From NCBI GenBank assembly GCA_964637655.1, contig CAZWUZ010000009.1, positions 1 to 33,682 on the forward strand: 33,682 bases of DNA. The letters are read 5' to 3'. Source of the DNA: an uncultured bacterium (GTDB lineage Bacteria; DAOPZR01). Below are positions 26,533 through 33,682 of the stretch, piece after piece. The translations under genes were made by a program, and so were the position numbers. The notes below the pieces were generated by a model. The model worked only from the letters and a program-made list of their open reading frames with translations. It searched no databases and was not told the origin of the DNA. The stretch's first letter is position 1, and every line of letters starts with the position of its first letter.

Positions 26533-26739
26533 TGCAGTTGTTTTTTTGTAAACTGCAAGAGGATAACATATAAGCCTCGTATCGAGGTGGTATCATTGCC
26601 GCCAACGTTGACTGTGCTGAAGCCGCAACTGCTCAAACCGTCAAAAAGCTAAATATCTAAATATGCCGATATAATAGATGATGCATTATGATACATTATC
26701 CAATGCGCGATAACTGCTGTAAAATTCCCCCAAAAGTTC

Positions 26740-26768
26740 TTGACATCATTTTCGCCAACGAGTATAAA
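26740..26768 (+). promoter_or_regulatory. sigma70 promoter of the secreted-protein operon
   Basis: TTGACA 26740-26745, 17 nt, TATAAA 26763-26768. Confidence 0.65.
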
Positions 26769-26940
26769 GCTCATCAGCAAGACTAATAATTCAGGTACGG
26801 TGAGTGGGAAAACACCCAGAAGTGGCGCGCCATGCGCGATTGGTATTTTCGTCCCTGTGTAGACCTGCCGGTGCAGTTGTAGTCCAGCAAATCCCTCTGT
26901 TCCAAGAATCGCAAATCTCCAATGACAAAGGAATAATCCG

Positions 26941-28626
26941 ATGAAGCGACGCTATATGGTGCTTGGTGTTTCTCTGCTGGCGTTTCTCGCCGTGGGCATC
27001 GTGGCCGGCTACGCGGAACTGACGACCGCGCCGGGCGTGGTCATCAACGAGATAATGTACAACCCGCCGTGGAACGACCAGTGGCAGATGACCGACGCGA
27101 AGTACGAGTGGATTGAGCTGTTCAACTCGTCGACCGCAGCCATCGACATGGGCGGCTGGAACGTGGTCACGGACGCCGGCTACGAGTACGTCTTCCCCGC
27201 GGGTACGAGCATCGCCGCGGGCAGCTACCTGATTGTCGCCTCGGACCTGCGCGCCTTCAACGGCGGCCTGCCCGAAGGCTGGACCGTCACCTGCCCGGTA
27301 CTTGGCAATACGGGCAACGACACGCCCATCCTGGGCAACATGGGCGGGACAATCCGCATCTTCGACGAGACGGGCGAGAAAAGGGACGAGGTATCCTATA
27401 CGGACCGCGCGCCTTGGCCGGCGAGCGGCTTGGGCGAGGGGCGTACGCTGGAATTGCTCTCGCCGCAGGCGGACAACTCGCAGGCGAGTTCGTGGGCCGC
27501 GAGCCTAATCAGCGCCTCCTTGGGCACGCCGGGCAGGCCCAACAGCGTGCTCTCGGGCAGCGAACTGTGGCTGGGCACGGTGACGGTCAATCCGGCCACG
27601 GTAGAGGCCCTGACCCGCATACCGCAGCAGACGTTCACTATCAAGAATAGCGACATCCGGGAGATGCAGGGGGTGTCCCTGACCCTGCCTACGGACTGGC
27701 TGTGGTCCGGCAAGGCGGAGAATGTGAGTATTGCCGGCGGCAGCGGCAATGTCACGGTCACGGGCAGCGGCAGGGCGGGCAAACCGTACGTCATCACCGT
27801 GACGGGGCTCCAGCTGGCCACGAACTCGCAGCTGGAGCTGACTCTGGCGCGGGTGATGTCATCGCCGCTCGCGGACACGGCGAACGAGTTCTGCGTGTCA
27901 GCGACAGACGGCGAGCAGTGGTACCCGCTGGCCAGTACGCCTGTCGTGACCGTCACGGCAGCCACGCACAAGGCGAACCACGTCGTCATCAACGAGGTCT
28001 ACTACAACGGCGGCGACTCCATCAGCGCCGACTACTGCGACTGGTTCGAGCTCTACAACCCGACTGACCAGCCCGTCTGCATCGACGGGTGGTACGTCCT
28101 GGATGCCCTGCCGGAGCAGGTGCTGAATATCGCCCGGCCGAACGAGGGGGCAATTCAGATACCGAATCCGACCGCGGGCCAGGACTACGTCATCCAGCCG
28201 GGCGGGTACATGCTGATAGCGCTGGATGAGCAGCATTACCGCCAAGAATTCCCGAACGGGCTGGTGCCTGCCTTGGAAGCCAATCTGGACGCATTCAGCC
28301 GCATGACGACCGGCAACCGGATACTCGACGCGGCCAAGGACGGGCCCGCGTCGAACTGCATGAAGCTTGGCAACTTCGGTCTGAACAAGAACCGGGACGA
28401 GCTGGTGCTGTACGATGGCGATAACATCGTCGACGCGGTTGCCTGGGGCAATGGGAACTCGTTCAACATGCTGACCAGCGAGCCGCTGACCTGCCGGCAT
28501 GGCCTGTCATTGGCCAGGGCGAAGGATGGCTACGAAGCGCGCCAGCCGAATAGCGAATTGAGCGAATTGGTGGGCAACAGCTTCGTGGCGAATGCACAAC
28601 CCACGCCCGGGGCTTCGAACCAATGA
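26941..28626 (+). CDS. Secreted protein with two lamin-tail domains (LTD)
   Basis: Signal peptide; VVINEIMYNP...EWIELFN...IDMGGW and VVINEVYYN...DWFELYNPT...IDGW, each ending in a TPG..N motif. Confidence 0.88.
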   Translation: MKRRYMVLGVSLLAFLAVGIVAGYAELTTAPGVVINEIMYNPPWNDQWQMTDAKYEWIELFNSSTAAIDMGGWNVVTDAGYEYVFPAGTSIAAGSYLIVASDLRAFNGGLPEGWTVTCPVLGNTGNDTPILGNMGGTIRIFDETGEKRDEVSYTDRAPWPASGLGEGRTLELLSPQADNSQASSWAASLISASLGTPGRPNSVLSGSELWLGTVTVNPATVEALTRIPQQTFTIKNSDIREMQGVSLTLPTDWLWSGKAENVSIAGGSGNVTVTGSGRAGKPYVITVTGLQLATNSQLELTLARVMSSPLADTANEFCVSATDGEQWYPLASTPVVTVTAATHKANHVVINEVYYNGGDSISADYCDWFELYNPTDQPVCIDGWYVLDALPEQVLNIARPNEGAIQIPNPTAGQDYVIQPGGYMLIALDEQHYRQEFPNGLVPALEANLDAFSRMTTGNRILDAAKDGPASNCMKLGNFGLNKNRDELVLYDGDNIVDAVAWGNGNSFNMLTSEPLTCRHGLSLARAKDGYEARQPNSELSELVGNSFVANAQPTPGASNQ

Positions 28627-29742
28627 CCACGATGAAATGCTGCCGACGGCTTGCGGGTATTGGCGTGGCAGCAGCAGCGTGTCTGACGCTTGCTGCAGCG
28701 GCCTTGGCCGAGCAGCCGCGATGGCAGATGCACCGGACTCTTCTGGACAGCCCAATGATGGATGCGGCGTTCCCTGACGATAATACGGTGCTGATAGCCA
28801 ACCAGAACGGGCTGGTGACGCTGAACACGGAAGCCGAGGTTCTGAAGCGCCAGGGTATCGACAGTACGGTGAGCTACCCCATCCTGGCGGAGAACGGGAG
28901 CTACGCGGTCGTGCATCATCGCCGGCGGGTGCCGCAGTTCAGCGAGAACATCACGCTGTACAGCGTGGCCGGTGAGACTGGCGTGACGTTCCCGATTAGC
29001 GGGTCGCCCTATCTGGCGCCGAACGGCGACTGGCTGCTGACGGTGGACAAGTATAACAACCGGGTGAGTATCTACAACGCTCGTGGCGCCAAGCTGCGCG
29101 AAGACACCTATCCGGAAATCCGCGACTACGGGATGAAGTTCTCCACGGACGGCAGGCATGTGGCGCTGAACCTGCCGCAGAACGGCGTGGATGCCATCGC
29201 GGTGGTCTATGATAGCATCGGGAGACTGCAGACGAAGGTGCGGCATGCCTTGGGCCTTGGGCCAGGCGCAGCCGGGGCTGACGCCGAATGGGGATACGCT
29301 GGTGATTATTGCGCGGGCGGCGGTGACGATTTACGACGAGACCGGCACGGAGAAGCAGCGGATTCAGCGAAGCAGGAATGCGGGAATTGGGATGTTGACA
29401 AGGGTTGGAGAGAAATTGTGGCTGGCTGAAAGCGGCGGTCTGCGAGTCCTGAACCTTGCGAACGGCGATAGTCGTATGGTTGCGCTTACCGATGTCGGGG
29501 CGGTAGTGAAGCTGACCGATGAGCAGAGCGGACAACGCGTGTTGGTTGGTCAGCGTAAAGAACGTCGTGAAAGCGGCATGATATGGACTTGGCAGGCGTT
29601 GGAGCGCAGCAGCGGCAGGGTGGCATGGCGTGGTGAGGACTGTATCCGTGATGCATATGTTGTGTTGGGGACGGGGGCAATTGTCAGAGGAACAGAAGAA
29701 ATTGAGATATGGAATGACGGGCAAGGAGTCATCAATGAATAG
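28623..29742 (+). pseudogene. Secreted beta-propeller-like protein frameshifted by a 7-bp tandem duplication
   Basis: Signal peptide; blades LAENGSYAVV, LAPNGDWLLTV and FSTDGRHVAL in frame 1 continue as LTPNGDTLVII in the other frame; GCCTTGG is duplicated at 29247-29260. Confidence 0.75.
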
Positions 29743-29921
29743 ACTTTATCAACCGTACTACTGGATGCCAATGGTAGTGCAGAATTCAGTTGCGACTTTT
29801 GGAAAAGGTTGTAACTTTATGCATTCGGCGGCAGGAAACAATGAATGTGTTGACGACCATCATGCACCGGCTGCGTCCCCTATCAGTCGGTGCGGCAAAT
29901 ATGCGTAATGGAGGATATCAA

Positions 29922-30614
29922 ATGACTAAGAAACAAGCTGTGTTATTCCTGAAAGTGTTGACTGGCTGCGTGCTGATAAGCATGTTCGCTACTTTGGCGG
30001 GTTGCGAGCGTCAGTGCGGACAGACTGACACTGTGGGGACCACGGGCACAAATGCCGGGACGGTTAATTCATACGGCGCGGGCCCAGTAAAATTATTTGC
30101 AGATATTGAGTTTGAAACGATGCCGGAAGGCATTGCAGTGGGCCGCAAAGTGCAATTTGCGTTTCGCATAATACCAGTGCCAAACCATCGAAGTGTTTAT
30201 CATCCGGCGTTTGCTGATTTAGCCACTAATGGAAGAACTATCGACACTCTGCCGTTAGTGCTTGATATATGTATAGTAAGTGACGATTCTGGAATTAACA
30301 AACCGCGGGGCTCCGATACTGATGTTTTCCTTAGTATTGCAAAACAAGACGATAATCAGCGGCTAATAATCGACACACAAGTCAGTCAATTAACTCGGGA
30401 TAATGTTCTGTACTTACTGACGACCATGGATGAAATTAGCAAAGGCAAAACTTTTCGTATCGACGCATTATTCAGACGTGAAGCGGATTATAGGATATTT
30501 ATAAGTGCAAGGTATATGTTCATAGAACCTTTCACTGATTATTGGTATGGAGAAAGAGATATCCTGATTGAAGAGACGTTTTATAAGTTTGGTATCCAAG
30601 CGAGGAATCGATAA
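29922..30614 (+). CDS. Hypothetical lipoprotein
   Basis: RBS GGAGGA before ATG 29922; lipobox TLAGC; its stop overlaps the next start (TAATG). Confidence 0.7.
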   Translation: MTKKQAVLFLKVLTGCVLISMFATLAGCERQCGQTDTVGTTGTNAGTVNSYGAGPVKLFADIEFETMPEGIAVGRKVQFAFRIIPVPNHRSVYHPAFADLATNGRTIDTLPLVLDICIVSDDSGINKPRGSDTDVFLSIAKQDDNQRLIIDTQVSQLTRDNVLYLLTTMDEISKGKTFRIDALFRREADYRIFISARYMFIEPFTDYWYGERDILIEETFYKFGIQARNR

Positions 30615-33600
30615 TGAAAGTGTATTACAAATTCATTTTGGGGATGATTGGATTGTGTTTATGGCCTTGCAGTGTCCAAGCATCACCATCGATTACAATT
30701 GACGATGTGTCATTAATCTATGAAATTGGGCAACCACCATCAAGTAGCTCATTCGACGAGGAATACAAACAATATCCATTGCCTGAAGGAGTGATAATAA
30801 AGGTGTGGGGCAATTGTCGCGGAGTTACATTGGGTTATATTGGCGAATGTGAGACGGATTCGAACGGTAAGATAAATACGGTTATGGCGTTGCCAAGCAC
30901 ATTCGCTGATACTCCGGATGAAATATGGTTCGAAATAGTAATGCAAACTGATTATGCTATTGTGATTCCGGGCCAGCCAGATACTATTCCATTTCCATCT
31001 CCTGTTGAAGCGAGTGTGTTAACACATAAAACCCCAACGATTGGGCCAGTGCCGTCGGATTCGTCGGTTTTCCATGCATCTGTATTGGTGGGTTATGAGT
31101 CCACCCAAATGATTAGCGGAGCATTGCATATTCTTACGTGGATAGGTGAAGCAAACAGATGGATTTGTGAAAAAAATCCGAGTTTTATAATGCCGAAGAT
31201 AACTGTGAGCCAGGATATTAAGGCCTTGACGGGTGTTGTATCCGAATATTCGCCCGCCCATGAGGGCCTATTCATTGTTGGTAAGTATTGTTATCAACGT
31301 GAATCGATTGTTCACGAATATGGACATGCAATAGAAGATGAACTGTTCCCAATATTTGTGGCGGATTACATTGATACTCACAATTATTTTACAATGACAA
31401 ATCGCGAGGAAGCATTGTCAGAGGGGTGGGCGGAATTTCTATCGATTGCCGTAACGGACAATTTGGGCTATTTTTATCGCGATGTTGAAAGTGATTTACC
31501 TTGGCAAGGGAGACCTAATGCATCTATGCCGCGCATTGGCCAAATGGTTGAAGGAGCAGTGGTAAATTCATTATGGGACTTATACGACGAAGACAATGAG
31601 GATGAGAGATACTCGATAATTTCGCCAGGGGTTGCACAACAAAATTTCTATGACAATATTTGGAAACCACTTGATGATGTTTGGGTATTCCATCCGCAAA
31701 ATATTGCGGAATTCTATATCGAATTGCAGAAACTTAAAACCGCGGCGAACCCCGCGGATATTGGTACGCGCACAAAAGTCCGTGGCATTTTCGAGCATAA
31801 TGGCATAGTGTTCAGCCGGGCGGGAATGGACCCATTGCCTCCAGCAACAAACCCTGACACAGCATGGGATGGCATATTCTATCAGTATCAATTAATCGGT
31901 TCACATGACTTAACCGACACGCCAGTATCAGCTGCTCCGATTCCCAGCATCGAGCACCGTCTGCAGTTCTGTTTGGACACAATGCCATATGGCGCAACCC
32001 GCGAAGAGGAATGGCGCCGGGTTAGCTTGAATATACATACTGAAACCAAATGGATGCCCAATGATGCTACCACGGGATTTGGGACAACATCATCGGGAGT
32101 TAGCAACCTAATACTATTTATGGAGAATGGCTTCGGTATTTCGTCGTCTATGTCGGACTTGCTAAAACTGGAAGGCGAGGTTCTGGCGGCCCGGGTGCAA
32201 AACAAGGATGAATATTATGCTCGCGATTCCTTTTATCCGGAGTTTAATAGCGCTACCGATTCACCGCATAACACAGCTCAATGGCTAAATGACCCGGCGT
32301 TCAGCATGAATACGCTGCGATTCGGACTAGTTGACAGATACCGGCCGTTTCTTGTGAAAGCGATGGTTAGAAACATAAGCGAAACGGGATATATTGGCCA
32401 GTGGATTTGCTCTGCTAACTTGGATTTTGTTGCCGACGCTGGTGCGGTTGGTGGTGGAATTCAAATATTGCAGTTAACATTTAGCGAACCGGTTGATACA
32501 CCATCTACAATTATATACGGCTACGACACTGCCGGCACAGTGAAGGCGCTTGCGACAGATGACCCGCGTGTGTGGCTACGAAACCTGTCGTTTCCGATTG
32601 ACCCCAGCGCTATGGCCGGACAAAAACGACTATGGGTAAGTACCCGTGACCGTAACTACAATCACCTAACGCCATTTAGCATCGATGACCCGATTACACT
32701 TGACCCTGCGCTTGAAGACATAGACGGTAGTGATTTGATGCGTCATGTTGGCGTAATTGCTGGTCCCGGCGGCCCGGATGAACTGCACCGCTTCCGCGTT
32801 GCCTTCCTACGCCTCGACGGCGTAGACAGCGGTGCTTCTGGCGTGGCCAATTGCCCGGCAGTCGGCCACGACGCGATTCGGGTCAACACGCATGGTCTGG
32901 ACACTGACTGCAAGCAAGTGGCGTTCGCGGTCAATGGCGATACCGTCATTGATTCCGCCTTTCCATTCGAGACCGAGTGGTATTCGAATCATCGCGTAGG
33001 CGGGGGTGTGTCTCCCCTGAATGAGCTGGCTACGTTCAAGGACGGCGAGACCTACGTGATTGGCGCGGAACTCACGGATGACCTGAATCATAAGGGCCGT
33101 CTGCCGGTATATGCGCGTATCTATGGTGTCGGTGATACAGTTCCCTTCATGCAATCGGGTGGTGGACGGATTTCCAAAGAGATAATGCTGGACAACTTCC
33201 GCCCGTTCGTTTCTTGGGTGACAGTCACAGACACCACCGATACGGTATACGATGCAGGTTGGAGCTGGAACGGCAGTGGCCTGCAGTTTGTTGCCAATGC
33301 ACGACGCGTGTACGGCGACGGACCGCTGACGATTACCACCCGTTTCAGCGAACCGGTGGTGAATCCCACGTTGTGGGCGCACGGGCTGGACGCGGCAGCT
33401 ACGGCGATGTCTGCTGCGGATACCCGCGGCATGTTGTGGACGCGCACGATTTCAGTGCCGACGGCGGATATGCTTGGCATCAAGCAGCTCGAGTTCGCCG
33501 CGACCGACCGTACGGGCAACAAACTGGTGCCTCTGAAGGAAGCGACCAGCGCACCGATAGACCCGGTGACCTTTACTACTCTCGATGGCACCAGCTTCAA

Positions 33601-33682
33601 ACGTGTTGGTGGCCTCCATCTTGGTAATGGCGGGACTGATGAAGTGCACTGGCTTGCACGTGCTGACTTGAAGATAGATGAT
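30614..33682 (+). CDS. Large secreted zinc metallopeptidase (gluzincin-type HEXXH...E) with Ig-like repeats; at least 1023 aa, 3' end outside the window, not in the ORF track
   Basis: Manually translated with no stop from ATG 30614 to the window end; signal peptide MKVYYKFILGMIGLCLWPCSVQA; IVHEYGH (31313-31327), ALSEGWAEF, VEGAVVNSLWDLYD; two ~155-aa repeats later. Confidence 0.85.
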   Translation, partial: MKVYYKFILGMIGLCLWPCSVQASPSITIDDVSLIYEIGQPPSSSSFDEEYKQYPLPEGVIIKVWGNCRGVTLGYIGECETDSNGKINTVMALPSTFADTPDEIWFEIVMQTDYAIVIPGQPDTIPFPSPVEASVLTHKTPTIGPVPSDSSVFHASVLVGYESTQMISGALHILTWIGEANRWICEKNPSFIMPKITVSQDIKALTGVVSEYSPAHEGLFIVGKYCYQRESIVHEYGHAIEDELFPIFVADYIDTHNYFTMTNREEALSEGWAEFLSIAVTDNLGYFYRDVESDLPWQGRPNASMPRIGQMVEGAVVNSLWDLYDEDNEDERYSIISPGVAQQNFYDNIWKPLDDVWVFHPQNIAEFYIELQKLKTAANPADIGTRTKVRGIFEHNGIVFSRAGMDPLPPATNPDTAWDGIFYQYQLIGSHDLTDTPVSAAPIPSIEHRLQFCLDTMPYGATREEEWRRVSLNIHTETKWMPNDATTGFGTTSSGVSNLILFMENGFGISSSMSDLLKLEGEVLAARVQNKDEYYARDSFYPEFNSATDSPHNTAQWLNDPAFSMNTLRFGLVDRYRPFLVKAMVRNISETGYIGQWICSANLDFVADAGAVGGGIQILQLTFSEPVDTPSTIIYGYDTAGTVKALATDDPRVWLRNLSFPIDPSAMAGQKRLWVSTRDRNYNHLTPFSIDDPITLDPALEDIDGSDLMRHVGVIAGPGGPDELHRFRVAFLRLDGVDSGASGVANCPAVGHDAIRVNTHGLDTDCKQVAFAVNGDTVIDSAFPFETEWYSNHRVGGGVSPLNELATFKDGETYVIGAELTDDLNHKGRLPVYARIYGVGDTVPFMQSGGGRISKEIMLDNFRPFVSWVTVTDTTDTVYDAGWSWNGSGLQFVANARRVYGDGPLTITTRFSEPVVNPTLWAHGLDAAATAMSAADTRGMLWTRTISVPTADMLGIKQLEFAATDRTGNKLVPLKEATSAPIDPVTFTTLDGTSFKRVGGLHLGNGGTDEVHWLARADLKIDD

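Larger units (their letters stand above)
1274..33682. mobile_element. Probable genomic island integrated at tRNA-Arg(CCG); right boundary not in the window
   Basis: Abrupt compositional change after the tRNA, arm-site-like direct repeats at 1321-1371, MGE-type genes (DUF2958, XRE regulators), defence genes, pseudogenes and mosaic GC. No integrase or duplicated tRNA 3' end was seen, so the extent is inferred. Confidence 0.6.

Noticed and set aside
26790-26870. Cobalamin riboswitch suggested by AGACCTGCC
   Set aside because: It lacks the conserved core (GGGAA..GGTG.AA.TCC, GCCCCCGC.ACTGT, GCCACTG) and the downstream genes are not B12-related.
23700-26900. Integron cassette array to explain the run of stand-alone genes
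   Set aside because: No repeated attC-like RYYYAAC...GTTRRRY palindromes were seen, at least one gene has its own promoter, and no integron integrase is present.
29735-29908. 57-aa ORF overlapping the propeller stop (MNRLYQPYYW...)
   Set aside because: No recognisable motif, and competing short frames cover the same stretch; it is probably junction sequence.
1-33682. CRISPR array, transposase, integrase, reverse transcriptase/DGR, or a second copy of the tRNA-Arg 3' end
   Set aside because: None was recognised by eye; short or degenerate copies could have been missed without computation.

Overview
Bacterial DNA, probably from a high-GC diderm host. The first ~1.3 kb looks like core chromosome: the 3' part of tRNA-Pro(TGG), a DUF4126-like membrane protein, a cupin and tRNA-Arg(CCG). 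Everything after tRNA-Arg looks like a mosaic genomic island with patchy GC, almost all on the + strand; no integrase or second att site is visible in the window. The island carries, in order: (i) an XRE-HTH/HD-GYP fusion behind a triple operator-like repeat, then DUF2958; (ii) a divergent XRE regulator and surface-protein genes (small beta-barrel, PEGA-repeat protein, TM/Zn-ribbon protein, SH3-PPC protein, lipoprotein); (iii) decaying phage/ICE-type genes (metallophosphoesterase, its truncated paralog, a TAG-interrupted gene); (iv) a complete type II CBASS operon (patatin CapV, CD-NTase, Cap2 E2-E1, Cap3 JAB); (v) a T2SS/type IV pilus-like operon with a secretin and minor pilins but no ATPase or platform gene; (vi) stand-alone HEPN-like, Zn-phospholipase C/P1-like and NYN genes; (vii) a secreted-protein operon with a double lamin-tail protein, a beta-propeller gene broken by a 7-bp tandem duplication, a lipoprotein, and a >1000-aa HEXXH metallopeptidase with Ig-like repeats that runs off the window and is absent from the ORF track. 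All calls come from reading motifs by eye; no database searches were run.
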